DNA from: Zootoca vivipara | Lineage: Eukaryota | NCBI RefSeq assembly: GCF_963506605.1 | Contig: NC_083279.1 | Span: 79,360,001-79,424,000, forward strand | Length of the DNA: 64,000 nucleotides | Reading direction: 5' to 3' | Part shown: positions 11,901 through 25,620 of the stretch, in pieces | Layout of the letters: every line of letters begins with the position of its first letter | Numbering within the stretch: position 1 is the first letter of the stretch | The notes under the pieces: model-generated | Told to the model about the DNA's origin: nothing | What the model saw: the letters and a program-made list of their open reading frames with translations, nothing else | The model's database searches: none | Made by a program: the position numbers and the translations under genes

Positions 11901-14900
11901 TGCTAGTGCTTGGTGAAGTGAGGGTGTTGAAATAATTCTGCAAAATAAATATTTCAGTGGTGATATTCATTAGAATATTCTACCTTGATTCTGTAAACTG
12001 CCCTGGAAGCTCCACTGAAGGGCAATTGTAATACAGTATTAGTTGAATCAGACAGTAGTATTTATATTTAAAAATCATTTAGTTGAATTTTTATTATTTT
12101 TGTACACTGCTTTGTAAACATGCATTGAAAAGCAGCATAGACATATTTCAAATGGATGGGGTAATTTTTTAAAAAAATTGAATACAAAGAAAGCTAAAAA
12201 GGGAATAAAAACCGTTTGGAATTTGTAGGAAATGATTATTTGCTCCCCATTTAAAATTCTCTACTGGTGTCAGCCCTCTTAAAGTGATAGGGACCTGTAG
12301 TAGTGACACATTCTTGAACATGACTCTTATTGTGGGGCGGGGAATAGCATATTTACATTACTGTTTGTATAAGTCTAACCTCCCAGACACATGTACATTC
12401 ATACAATTTGTTCAACCTCAGTCTTACAAATATATGTTCTGCATTGGCTCAACATCTCTGTGCAATGACCCTTTGCAATGAAGCCCACTACAACATAGCA
12501 CATCTGATCCAGTAGATCCATGTCTGCATTAGCTCCTGCTTTCTGTCGCTGTGCCACTTGGCTTGTTCCTTCCTCCACAGTATTGCCTCTGCTTTTCAGC
12601 ACTATTGAGATTACGCAGAAGTTGCCACTGCCAGCCTATGCTGCACTCTTGCCCTGAGAACTGTGCTTTTTCAGGGCCATGCAGGATCTAGACCCGAAAA
12701 AAATCACTGGAGGGGGGGGGGACAAGAGTGAAGTGCAGGTCACGGGACTCGCCTGGGAGCGCATCCTGATTGACGCGTGTCTCAGTTTGGGATGTATCTC
12801 AACTCACTTGGGGAAGTCCTTCTTTTGTGCATACTGAAGATGGGCCCTTCTCACTGAGAAGGAGACCACCTCCCCCCCCCATTTTTTTTAGCTTCCATCA
12901 CACAAATGCTTGAATCTTCTGCTTGAGCCATTTGAAAGGCCCTATGGTTTGACCCCAGTTTAGGAAGGATTCTAGCAAGGAAGAACATTTTTACACAAAT
13001 GATACGGCCCTCATAAGGTAATAATGGATCACAGCAGGATCTGCCTGGCAAACCGCACAATCTGAGAAAAAGCAGCTTTGCGGTGGCTGGTTTCAGTCAC
13101 AGTACGGACTTACTGGCAAAAGAAGACATTACAACCCACCAGCAAAACGAAACACAAACAGGTCCTACCACTTCTAAGGCCAACTAGGCAAGAGTCCCGG
13201 AGCATGAATGTTCCAGAAGAATAAAAGGGGATTTTTCTCTTTGTGAAGAGTCCAGACAACTCTCACATTCCATTAGCAAATTGAATATCTAGGATGAAAC
13301 CTACATATAATTCTTAGCTAAAGCATGACTTTCACAGGCAAACCAAGTCAAATGGAGCAGCTAGGTAATTTCCAGGATTTGGGTGACTTACATTTCTTTA
13401 AAAGTTTAAATCCCTTCATTGTTTTCAAGATGGCCCTTATGCATGTAGTATTTTCAGGTGCAATCCTAAAGGCTATCTCACATCCGACATCCTACCAGGC
13501 TCTTGCCCAGTACCTGCTTTTCCATCTATCCCAGTACCTGATGGGCAGAGGCTCCTCAGGATCTCAGACAAAGAGAGAGGTCTTTCACATCGCCTGCTGA
13601 ATATTTTTTAACAGGAGATTCCATGGATTGCAAACCCTTTATCTATATGCAGCTTTGTACTCTAGTGCTGTGGCCACTCTCCTTGCTCCACGTGGGGATA
13701 CTGCAGCGGCAAGGCCAAGTCTTGCATTAGGCGGCTTAATTTTCATCAAAAGGGTTCCTGCAAGGGCACAGGGAGGCTACAATGAGTGCCTCTGCACATA
13801 TCATGCAGAGAAGCAGCCCGTGGTCAGAAACACACACTCCAGGGAACCTCTTACATTATAGAATTTCTCCCACAACACCCCCGCCAAAACAGGTATTTTG
13901 CAGGGTCTATTTAGAAGTGAAAAGCAGCCGCTTGTTCAACAATTCCATATACCATTTAAAAAGGCAGCAAAATAAAATAAAATAGATGCTTCCCAAAGCA
14001 GTTCTTGGGTACAGTTATTTAATTATTAACACAGTTGCATTGCTAGAGTGGGGGTTGCAGAGGTGTTTTTTAAAGCACCCTTCAGACTTTGCCCTTAAGC
14101 CTTCAGCAAGCCAAAGTAAACACAGGTTCTGCTGTTTGGATGCTGTCATCAGGTCCTGTTTGATGACTGTGCTCACTAGCAGTGCTAATGCATTCTATCT
14201 TTTCTCTCACCACCACGGAGTCCCTGGGAACACGTGTCCTTCCGTGTATCTCTGAACACCAGTTGCTGGGAATCACAAGTGGAGAGAGAGCACTGTTGCG
14301 CTCAGGTCCTGCTTGCATACTTCTGATAGACATGAAGTTGGTCACTGTGTGAACAGGATGTTGGATGAAATGGTCCTTTGGTCTGATTCCGCAGAGATCT
14401 TCCTGTGCTGCTTGCCTGCATTGGCAAGTGGCATGGAAGGCAGACGTTTTCTGAATGCCTCAGCTACTACATATTTAACTCGGATGGCAATTTTACACAC
14501 ATTTACTTGGAAGTAAGCCCTGTTAAACATGGTAGAACATCCAAGTAAACGTGAACAAGATCAGCAGTCTCATGTTGACTTTAGAAAGTTTAGAGTGTTC
14601 AGTGATTTTACAGAACGGTGCTAAATTAGGTATGAAGGCCCATTTGCTACTTTCAAGAACAATGTAAAGTGTAATTAACTCTTTTATCCCGTGTTGTGTA
14701 TTTATTTAGGACGTTCCCATGCTACCCTTCAGTAGAAACTCTCAGGTTGGCGTAAAACAATACAGTGGAAACAAGTAAATGTGTAAAACATTAGAAGAGT
14801 AAAACAGCAGAAGTAGCAATTAAAATTAATTGTTATTTATGAAGGGCACAGTCCATTGCAATGTTCTGCGCAAGCATCATTAAAATTAATAGAAGTTGCA

Positions 14901-16087
14901 ATTAATAGAAGAGAGCATGGTGTATTGTGCCATTTAAATCACATGAGTAACAATGCTTTCCTTAAAATGAAAATAACAACCACCCCTAAATACCTAAGAC
15001 TAGAATGACTGTGAAAGGTCATTAAAATTATTTATTTCAGCACTAAATTTATTGACAGGAATAAGAAATTTAGGATGAGGCCAGCTCCGCCCATGAAAGT
15101 GGAAAGTGTGAGATGAAAGAGCTGAACATCTGTAATGTTCGCATTTTCATTTTGACATTTTGACAATTGACAATTGACATTTACTGAAGTATTCTCTGTT
15201 GGCACTTAATTACTGACAGGTATAATAATGACAATGTTGCTTTGTTGGTGGCACACACACAAAATAAAATAAAATAAAAGTAATTGTGCTTGTACTTAAG
15301 AAATTTAAGATTCCTGGGGCAAATAACTGTTTTTCTTCAAATACTGATGCAACCAAACTTACTTGAAGCTGCACAAAGAAGTCAGGGAGAAACAGGTTTG
15401 GCTCCCTTTGTTGCCCAGAAACTGCTAGGAGCAAACCTTCCTGGTGGCAGGTTATCAAGTTACAAGCATTACATCATCAGAATATGTTCTCATTTGCAGA
15501 ACTGTGGCCTGAAGCCATTTCACAGTTGGTTGCTGAGTGGCGCAAAGTTGTGCCCTTATAGCAGTTAACTCTTTCAAGGGATGTGATCCAGAAGAGCTGG
15601 TGTTAAGCCATAATAGGAGGAAGTGAGCCACAGTGAGGGGGCAACACACTTTAAAGGGAGCTTGTTTGTTCTTGAGGTGTGTGAACTTTTGTAGGCAATT
15701 GCCTTCTTCATAGGATTCATGCCATGGAAAAGGGAGTGTTAGCACATTAAGTTAAATAAATCACAAACTAAAACAGAGTGCACATGCCTCAAGCCTCCAA
15801 AAGCAGAAATTGGAGGGTTTCTACTCAGACACATGTGATTTGAGCTGCAGGTTCCTGCAATGTTCCATTTTTTCCCCACATCTAAATGTGAAATGTCCTC
15901 CTATGAGAGATATTCCGGGCACTGATATTGTATTATTTCTGGTGCCAGGTTAAAACTCTTAAAAAATTTGCCCAGACACTTTCAATTACAGGATTCTTTT
16001 ACCTAGTTGAATAGTTTAATCTTCTGAGTTTTATTGCTGTATTTCGTACGTATTTGTAGATTTAAACGAAACAATAAAATAAAATAA

Positions 16088-16170
16088 AAAATCCTTCCAG
16101 TAGCACCTTAGAGACAACTAAGTTTGTCATTGGTATGAGCTTTCATGTGCATGCACACTTCTTCAGATAC
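16088..16170. mobile_element. Penelope-like element terminal fragment
   Basis: ccagtagcaccttagagac.aactaag..gagctttc.tgtgcatgcacacttcttcagatac resembles recalled reptile Penelope termini. Confidence 0.6.
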
Positions 16171-16481
16171 CAAGTAGATTTCAAGTAGATTTAAAGTCAC
16201 GGTAGAACAGTTGCCACGGGCACAATACCACCTCACTGCTGCCCACTCCTCCAGCCACAACACTGCTTCCATTTCCACACAGGGGACATGGGTGTCTCCT
16301 CCTGCCTCTCTCCCTGCTCTGTGTGTGAGGTCTCACCTACCCACCCATGTGCCAATAGCAGACTTTTATAAGGTGCAGGTGCAGAAGGACAAGAGAGGAC
16401 ATGTGTCCACCTGTTGACCACTGCAGCGAGGAGCTTCCTGGCATGAAGCTTCCTGGTTCTCATGCTGAGAACCCTCATAAA

Positions 16482-16912
16482 TGTAGGATTGGGCTTTGAA
16501 TGCCAGTTGTCAGGGACCGGCAGGGCTTTGACGTGTGTGTGGCGGAGGGAAGGGACCTGGGGAGTGATCCAGGAGAAGGGTCCAGTAATTTATGGGGTTT
16601 GATGCAGGAGCCACTGCCCCACTGTCTCCTAGAACCAGGAGGGGCTTGAAAAGGGAAGTCTTAAGTTGTGGGTACGCAACACATCTGAGGATGGTATAAA
16701 AGCCAGAGGAGGTGAGGGACCCCCCTGCTGCTGCTACTGCTCCATAGGGCCCAGACCTGTGGATAAATGATTAGAGGTTAGAAGCACTTTATTTATCTGA
16801 AGCACTGTGGAAGCTGCTGTAAGTGTTTCTCTTGCCAATAAAGAGTTGACTATCTGACATGTGCCTTCCTTATCTGGGACCAGCTGGGATACCAGTGGAC
16901 CAATTACCTACA
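16482..16912 (+). mobile_element. Probable solo LTR
   Basis: TGTAGG...CCTACA inverted termini, TATAAAA at about 16695, AATAAA at about 16837, about 430 bp; no clear TSD. Confidence 0.5.
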
Positions 16913-16926
16913 TATTGGGACGTGTT

Positions 16927-16967
<41 letters not shown>
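16927..16967. repeat. (AAC)13 microsatellite
   Basis: Direct reading. Confidence 0.95.
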
Positions 16968-16968
<1 letters not shown>

Positions 16969-17007
16969 TTATTTATACCCCACCCATCTGGCTGGGTTTC
17001 CCCAGCC
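16966..17007 (-). mobile_element. LINE (L2-like) 3' terminus
   Basis: Reverse complement of ggctggggaaacccagccagatgggtggggtataaataaa, which is also at 31721-31762. Confidence 0.65.
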
Positions 17008-20000
17008 CATTGCAGAGGGATACATATATTTGGACTTTATGCAGCCTGCATAAAGTCTATAAGGCAACATTATTTAGAAGATTTATAAGGCAGAATTCAT
17101 ACATTCCCAAGACTTTATGTGGGTTTGTGTCTGATAAATATTCCCATTAATTTCTATATCTGTGATTCACCAAGCACTTAGCATATATTTAAATTCCATC
17201 CACTTCAAACTACATGGTAAAATGTTTTTGATTAATCCAGTTCTAAGTGTACAGTTTGGATTGATGAAACCATTGTTCAGATATTAAAGGCATTGGCCAC
17301 AATCCAGATAAGCATCCCCATGCCTGCAAGACAGACTTCCTCTTCGCTGGCAACAGAATGGGAAAGAGCCCCGGGGGCTCCCAGAGCACCATTTGGGAAA
17401 GCCAGCCATGGAAGCATATGGGGATCTGGATAGCAGCCATTACCTTTTAAATTGCATTCATATATCCCCACTCTTTTTTCATACTCACTGCTAGTATTGT
17501 CTTGGTCTGGCTTTCCATACATCATTCTTTTCTTCCTGGAGTAGCCAGGAAATCTTCCACTTGTTTTGTTCCTTAATGCAAAAGAGCCCAAGAAACACCG
17601 TCAGCCATGTTCTGTGAGCTTTGACCAAATAGGTTGCTTGCTTGAATTCATGACAATGCAAATAAGACTGTCCATTTAGGTCTACCTTTCCTATTTGGAC
17701 ATGCTTCTTTGGGCAGCTGCTTAGAAGCACTAGCTAGTGTATTTTTTAAAAAATGTTTAGGAGTTCTATTAAAGCAAAGTCCCATTAATTTCAGTGCTAG
17801 GATTAAGCACATAAAAGTGTTTTACTCATGACATATACAATTTTCAGTCTTGGTTTAATTTAGTTTATTAGTCAACCGAAAAGGTTTAAACTCTCAAGAA
17901 ACATTAACAACTTGGCACAAAACGTAATATAAAACAACAAGAAATTGTAGGACAGACCATCATTCTGGCCATCAGTCGTTTGAACCTCCATAAAAGTGTT
18001 TGAGCCTGGCAGTGAATCTAAACACAGTAACGATATTTTAATCAGAAAGTAATAACTTAATTGCCTGAGTGTCATCAACTCCCCTGACCTGAATTTAGCA
18101 ACCCCACAAGCATGTTTTTTAATTGGCAGTGGCACAGAACCATACAGCATATAGGCATGTGTTGCAGTTCAATTTTGTACCGTCCTTCTAGAAACTAGGC
18201 AAAATGTGAAAGTGGGGAAAGTTTGACGTGGTAGGACTATGAATGTTGTTGTTTGTATTTACTATGCTTTTTGGCCCAAAGGCCCCCAAAGTAATGACCA
18301 ACATTCAATAAGAACGACATGGAAGGATGGCGCTTGCAATATTTTTTGGCCTCTTGGGATTTTATAAGAATTGATTCAGTCCTGCACTCAAGATATGTTA
18401 AATCTTATATTTAAATACTAAGTGTATTCTAATTTATTGCAATATGTTCATAGGATAAAGTTTTTTCTATTTAAAAAGGAATTTGATTCAGTCCTGCAAG
18501 CTGTAAATTTTAGAAAATATATACTGGTACGTATATGCAAACATCTTTCCTCACCAGATTTCATGAAAGGTTTCCACAACTGGTCAGTAGATTCTTACTG
18601 ATATTTTATGGTTTTCATCATAGTACTAGGGATAGAGCATGAAATTGCTTCACTGAGTCATTTGCAAGATGCATATTCTTTAGTGCTCACATGAGTGAAG
18701 CCAAGATTTTTGTTGGGGGGGGTAGACCTTTTGTTAGGGGGGTAGGCCTTTTGTTAGGATGGAGGCAAAACCTCAGTTAGCTATGTATTTTTATTGATTT
18801 TTATTGATGGGGAGGCAGCTGCCCCTCCTTGCCCCCCTTTGGCTACGCCCATGGGTGCTCATAAGAAGAAAGTAAACATCCATAAGTACAATATTTTGGT
18901 TGAAACCTGCTCTAGATAAGCAAAACTAACATTGAGCGCATTCCCGGTATGTATTTTTCACTAGGAATGGTATGTTAAGCAGACCTAGTAGTATCTTATA
19001 AAATACAAGTCAGAGGAATTGCATTTGTTGTCTCACTTGGGCTATGTACACTTTAGCGGCTCAAAACGCAGTGAGGTTGCCCTCTCTCACCTGCTGCATT
19101 TCAACTCACATTCTTGTATTACTGTGCAAACCAGGGAGAGGGTGGGGATATATTCACTTGAAACCTAATTTGTTTCCCTACACCAAACTCCAATTCACTG
19201 AAGCTCTAATCTGCGCATGTGCTGTAATTTGTACCTGCGCAATGACTGCCTAAAATACCTCAGTTTAACCACGGCTTCTGTTTTCTAATCTGATGGAAGC
19301 TTGCTTAAGGGAAAGTGTATCAAACAGAAGTGATTTTCAATAAACTACAGGATAACTATGAATTGTGGCTAATCTCAGGTGGACTCAGCGTCAAATACCA
19401 GCAGCGGGAGCACAACAGACCAAGAATAAACAGTAATTGTGTACACAGTCTTGGTAAGAAAGTTAAATATGGATTTTGTTGAAATCATAATATAAATTGG
19501 AACAACCCAGCCAGAGTTAAATGGGGGATTGAGGCTGTGAAACACTCACTCACCTAAGTCCATCTAGTAAATTCATGGAACAGGGTGAGTTGCAAAGGAG
19601 AAGCTCCTGATTCATAAGTTGATCTTTTAGCCACTAGCTACACCAGTTCCTAATCTTTTCCCTTGACCTCAATGGAACTCAAAACTGTTTAACTGCTTGA
19701 TCATGCCCACCTAATAAATGGTGGACTAAAGGAAGATTATGAAGTTGCTATAACGATACTAGCAAAGCACTTGGAATATTTAAAGAGCTTCACATACATT
19801 ATCTTAATAATTATTGTTACAACTCTGCAAGGTGGGCCTATATAATCCCCATAATGTGGATGGAAGGGGTAGATAGGGTCTGAGAGATAGTGGCCTTCCT
19901 ATCACTGTCTAAAATGCCCACATAATAAAGAGGGATTCCAGACTCACAGCTCACACTTCCACCAACTGCACCAACATTCAACAACTGATTCGACCTGCAG

Positions 20001-20919
20001 TGACCACCAGCATGTAATTACACCCATTCGCAAACACACTTGACACCCTTTACAGAGGCAAATGGCTTTAATCTGAATCTGAAAGTGATCTAGAAGCAGT
20101 ATAATTTTAGCCCTTCATTCCTTGGAAGCACTCACATATCTGCATGACAGATGGGTGCTTCAAACAGGAGCTGGCAACTTTTCTTCAAATACATTTGGTG
20201 AGAGGAAGGCTTAATTGAGAGAGAAAAAGGAAATTGTTATTGCAGGGTGGACAGAATGTTCTGACTAGCTGAGATACGTAGAAGCACAAGAGTATCCAGA
20301 ATGAACTGCATAGATTTGTATCATTTGTGCCTTTATGCCTCTGATGGCACCCTACCTGTACCCCAGTGTTTCCTGAGGGTGTGCCGCACAAGTGCCGGAT
20401 GTATGTCACGCAAAAAATAATACTCTTCGTATTTGAATCATCTTTATAGGTGACTGCACATTGTAATGCAAGTGGATTCTATGCCCACAAGGTGCCTCAA
20501 TACATGCCAGGAAAATCCTGTGCAGCGTGGAGGCTGCAGTCTGCCCATATATGGGCTGAAACATCATCCCATATGAATATGCCAGGATTCTTCACGTTCA
20601 GCCAAGCCCCAGCCCAAGTAACTAGAAAAACCCAGAAGCAGGGGTGTTGCTAGGTGCCATAAAGTTCTTATGGCACACATTTGCATACCGTAGTTTATAT
20701 GAATAGATGCCTCTTGGTCACTTAAGATGGCTGGAGGATGGGGTTGTGCCAACAGTACACTTAGTGGTGTGTCCAATCACCTTATAAGGCAGCCTTTGCC
20801 AAAATGGGGAGACCAAGGTTGACAAAAGCTACTGTAAGCAAAGTAAACTATATTTAAAAAATAAGTTTAAATGGAGGGAAGGCAGCAGGGAAGATGGGTC
20901 CCAGCAAAAGATATATGAG

Positions 20920-21055
20920 CAGTGCTATTTTTCTAGAAAAAGAGGTGCCGGAACTCACCATGAATGCCTCCGTTGTTCCCTTATAATGGCAAAAGTGCCC
21001 ACCTGAGATGCGCTGGAACTGAGTTCTGGTGAGTTCCAGCTGAAAAAAAGTTCTG
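20920..21055. mobile_element. hAT-type MITE
   Basis: CAGTGCTATTTTT...AAAAAAGTTCTG termini; 8-bp TSD tatatgag/gatatgag. Confidence 0.85.
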
Positions 21056-22897
21056 GATATGAGAATATGCAGGCTAGCAAACACCACTCCTTTCCCCCTC
21101 CCTCATGTCTTAAGTCAACACCTGGAGGGAAGGTGAGAACAGGTCTATAGTGGGCATAAGAGTATGCTGCCCATTTTAATCCAGTAAAATGTTATTGTTG
21201 TTGTTGTAAATGCTGTTGAACCCACCAGACATCCTGCCATTGAAAAGAAACTAATCTGTTTACTTTTTTTGCTCAAGGACAAAAAGGTCCCATTATACAT
21301 AAGAAAATATGGCACATATTTTTGCGTTGTCCATTTTTGAGACCTGCCCTCTCTCTGCATCCACAAGGTTTGTTACATGCTTGAAGTCATTTGTGGAGAT
21401 TGGCAGAAATCTGTTAAATAAAATAGGGTTTAAGAATATTACCCCGAATGACTGAGCTCATGTGGCACTATTCCAAAACTGAATTGACTGTTTTTAGCAT
21501 CCAGCATCATCACAGAACTTTGTGGGCACCACCCCTCAATAGGTGCAGGAGATTACCCTATTTAGATTTGCAAATTATATTGCACTTGGGCCAAAGATGA
21601 CTAAATTCTGAGGATGAATGTAAAGTGGTTAGGGACACAGTCTTCCTAAGCAGCTAAAAAATTATGTTTAAGATCACATTCTGATCTTCACGTTAACTAG
21701 TTGAGAAGAACAGTCGCACACATGCACACATATCCGCTTTCATACTTACATTCGCCAGCGCGGATTAGGAAAAAATACCACTCTATGGGGAATAAATCAA
21801 GCCACCCTCAGGAGGAACCTGTGTGGGGAAACAGGATAAACCCACTTTTCATCTTGACTGTGAGTATAATGGTGGCTAAAGGGTATTAAGCAGCAAGTGA
21901 TCATACTTAACTGTTGCTAAGTATGTGATTTTGGAAAAGCACAGGCAGCAAACTTGACTTTCTCTTTTAAATTCAAATACAACAAAAAGTGTCTTAAAGT
22001 GAAGGGGAAAAAAAGAAAAAGGGGTATATTCCATCACAATAACAATTGTTAACAGTTAACAATTACAAATGTTAACCTGCTGTATTTGGTATAAATGGGT
22101 TCCAAATTTCATTTCGCACAACCTTGATTTTCATGATTAAAACTTATTTGAGCATGACATTTTAAGAGTTAACATGTATTCTTCTCCAAATCAGATGAAT
22201 TTGGCTGATGAACTTGGTTTTATCTGCTGGTGCTTATTCTGTTTTCTTTTGTAGTCTGTTTCTAAAGTTTATACTGTGTTCAATGGTGGCTTTGCCTTCA
22301 CAGAAAGCACTTCTACTCTCGACATGTAGGCACCCAATTTTCACTGATACTTCTTACCTACGGTATTGAACCCCGCTCCATGAAAAGCTCCTCCTGAGGG
22401 CAGGGAGACCCACTGAAACAATATGGGATATGGTGCAGAGGGCTTCAGTAGGCAGGAAGGATGAGCAAAAAGTGCATGAGTGGAAGCACTTTGCAGTAAG
22501 ACAAAGCCACCACTGGATATGACCCAATGTTTCTTAGTTTAAAATACAACTCTTGTAGAGTGGGGAGCAGAAGCGATTTTGGGGTAGTGTGACCAGTTCT
22601 GCCGCACTGGGTGCCGTCGCCACAGGAGGCACCACAACAATTATGTAAAACAAAGCGAGAGGTGGGGGTGCTGAATTTTAGCGTTGCACAGGGGGCCGCT
22701 GAAATTTGGGACCCCAAAGTTTCCCTTTGGGGAGGATTGTTATTATTTCTTAGAACCTACCCTTCCCCTCATGAGAAAAATTAAAATTGGTAAGGGGAGT
22801 ATTGACGTTGTTATAATTGTACTGGATGTTCTGCCAACTTCTGAGTTTTGGGTTGTGGTGGCCTATTAACAATACAATTGGTATTGGTATTCTGAAG

Positions 22898-23092
22898 TGG
22901 GAAGGTGTGCCTGTAAAGAAAGGCAAAAATAATTAAAATAAAATATTTGGCATGATTCTGGCATTTGAAATCTGGAAATTTGATTCTGGAATCTGAAAAT
23001 AAAATATTTGGCACGATTCTGGGAAGGTGTGCCTGTACAGAAAGGCAAAAATAATTAAAATTAAATATTTGGCATGATTCTGGAATTTGGGG
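22898..23092. repeat. Complex tandem repeat, 61-bp period
   Basis: Units starting at 22898 and 23020 are nearly identical; the middle unit shares only its 3' part. Confidence 0.85.
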
Positions 23093-23862
23093 AAGTAACG
23101 GCCTCTCCGATTCCCGGATAGGGATGTGGGGTTCTCTATGTCAAGTCTCCTCTGCCCCCTCATTAGGCTGGGGCGGAGGAGAATGTGAAGACACCTCAGG
23201 ATCCCTTGTCCCCACAGAAAATAATTGGGAGGGTTGGCATGGCCTAGCCTCCCGTAGTTCTCAGAAATGTGCCTTTTATTTCACTATGTTTTGCATGCAA
23301 CTACAGACTGCTACAGGCTGAGAGGCGTTCTTCCTTTCCATCGTGTTCATACAAAAAAGGAAGGGGAGGGGAACCAAAACAACCCAGGGGTGGTTACTAT
23401 GCCAACAAATTACGGGAACTGGGTCTATGATTCCTGAAGGAAAGAAGGCTGCAAGTCTTAAGATGGCAGAGGGAGGACAACAAAATTGAGAAGCGTGCTC
23501 AGTTCGTGCTTTCACACTCCGTTCCCAGTCCTGCCGCCGCCTACAGAGGAGCGAGGCGAGGGAGGCAGGACTGGGAGCGAAAGAGGGAGGAGAGGTCGGC
23601 TCCGAGGCCGCTGATTGGCGGAGGAAACGGGCTGCTGGAAACAGCGAGGTGCACTCCGTACTCAGAATCCATTTAAACAGCTCGAGATACCGACTGCACT
23701 TCGCCCAGGAAGAGTAAATATTAGCCACAGGACCCGAAAGCTTAGGTGGTGGTTTAGGGCTTGCGGGGGAGAGGAGAGGCTGAAACAGTAACTTTTATTG
23801 ATACGCTGCTGCGGAGGAAATAATTTGGGATCCGTTCCGTGTTCCTGTGAGGAACTTTGCAG

Positions 23863-23897
23863 ATGCCTGGGTTTTTTCCTGCCTTCTCCACAGACAG
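23863..23897 (+). CDS. SPATA13: Predicted coding part of distal first exon (MPGFFPAFSTD+AG, phase 2)
   Basis: First ATG after the inferred TSS; in-frame TGA at 23848-23850 upstream; CAG|gtaaga donor at 23897/8; 35 nt = 11 codons + 2, compatible with exon 44257. Kozak context is weak. Confidence 0.5.
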
Positions 23898-23936
23898 GTA
23901 AGAGAGGATTGTGATGTTTGCCCACCTCTAACTTCT

Positions 23937-23986
<50 letters not shown>

Positions 23987-23987
23987 G
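23937..23987. repeat. (TTG)17 microsatellite
   Basis: Perfect repeat 40 nt downstream of the donor at 23897. Confidence 0.97.
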
Positions 23988-25620
23988 CTTTTCTCCTATT
24001 CTCTGGAAGTGTGTTGCGGCCGTTTAAAGGCGTAGTGGGCTCACGGTGGCACGAGTCGTGGTTTAAGTGTGGCGATCAAGCTGCATCAGCCGGGTGCTTT
24101 CCCACCCAAACGCGTAGAGCTTTTTAAAAGTTCTGTTGCAATAGTGCGCTTGTGCCGCTGCTGCTGCATCTACAGCGGAGATGGATTAAAACTGAAACCC
24201 CGAGGGCGCTCAGTGGAAAGCAAGTCTTCGTGTCCTCGGTTAGCAGGGCTCGAGGGAAGGTGTGTGGTGCGGGTGCTGAATCTTTACAACAAATACAAGT
24301 TTTATTTAAAAAACCAACCAACAAACAAACCGAAAACTGGAAAGAGGCTTTAAAGGGCTGAAGCAGGCTTAGCTTGCAATGGTGTACTGTATTCGGGTCC
24401 AGATGCTTAATTTTGATCATTGATGCAGTTTGAAATCTTCCAAAAGCTCGGAATTTATGGATATACAAGGAATATGGATTTGTGGATTTGTATGTATGTC
24501 TGGGTGCCTGTGGCTACAATGCCATTACAGTACAGTACTCACTTATTTGGGAGTAACAATTTGATACACACACACACACTCCTTCTCCGGTGTTAATGAA
24601 TCCGAGGCAGTCAGGGTGTTTAGTTAATGTATTCAGGATTAGGGTGCAATGTCTCTAGTAACTTCTAAAATAACTCGATGGCATGTTCAATGACATGAGG
24701 AGAGTGTTATTTACTCAAGATTATTACCTTGATTTCATGGCTATAGGATGAATGGGCGGAAAGCGATTTGTGCAAATTTTATCATGGATGACTGAATATT
24801 TATGATGTGGATTATCTCATCTGTATGTACTGTACCTACTTGATAAAAACTGAACACACTGCCTGTGTGTTAGGCAAGCACTGATAATGTACATGCCCAG
24901 TATTCCCACTTCTCCTTTGACATTCATGTTTCATGTGGTGTTAAATTAGTGAAGTGGGAGAATGGATTGGCTGATGAACAACAAGGTGTAGGGAAAATAA
25001 GAACACTGCTTAAACATGTCGCTGAGTTTTAAAACAGGGCAGATCCATTCAATAGTCTCCCTTCTATCCCTCTTACTCCTCCCACCCACCTGTCTGCTCC
25101 TCCCTCCCTCCTGGAGTTAACTTCACAGCCCTTAGCTGAGCTTTCTGTTTAGACCAGGTAGGCTACACACCATACATTTAAGGGACACCCTGCTCTGGGA
25201 CTGTAGTTTGTTAAGGGTTGTCACTGTAGCTCTGTGAGGGGTAAACTACAGTTTCCAGGATTCTGTGGGGGTGGGAGGGAGTGGGAATGTACTTTAAATG
25301 TAGAGTGCATACGCAGCCTCTGTACCATCAAGCATGGCTCATGTGTCCCAAGAAATAACTGAAAATATTTATTAAAAGCTTGAGATGCAATCCATGCAAC
25401 CAGGTATCCTGCTTTTCCAGGCACATGTGCGCTGTATATACAGTTTAATTTGTATAGCCCTTGCAGACACTTTCATGAACATATGCAAGTTGGGAGCAGG
25501 GATAATGTACTGGTATTTGACCCTGTTTCTCTCAAGTGTATGGCATGTTGGAGGTAAGGGGTGCCAGAATATCTTTTGGTGCAAGACCCTCATGATTTTT
25601 AATTGGTGGTGTTTCCAATA

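Larger units (their letters stand above)
23490..24280 (+). promoter_or_regulatory. SPATA13: CpG island / distal promoter and first exon (about 23698-23897)
   Basis: Sharp local CpG enrichment; inverted CCAAT (ATTGG 23614-23618); TATA-like CATTTAAA 23670-23677 about 28 bp before Inr-like TGCACT (A at 23698); GC box at 23170; strong donor at 23897/8. Confidence 0.75.

Noticed and set aside
22898-23092. CRISPR-like repeat-spacer pattern (26-bp repeat every 61 bp)
   Set aside because: Eukaryotic context, spacers 1 and 3 are near-identical, no cas genes; a local duplication.
1-23400. Exons of a neighbouring gene
   Set aside because: No ORF with recognisable similarity; appears intergenic or upstream-intronic.
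23276-24468. ORFs across the CpG island (150 aa on minus strand; poly-L and poly-V ORFs)
   Set aside because: Explained by high GC content and the (TTG)n repeat; no protein similarity.
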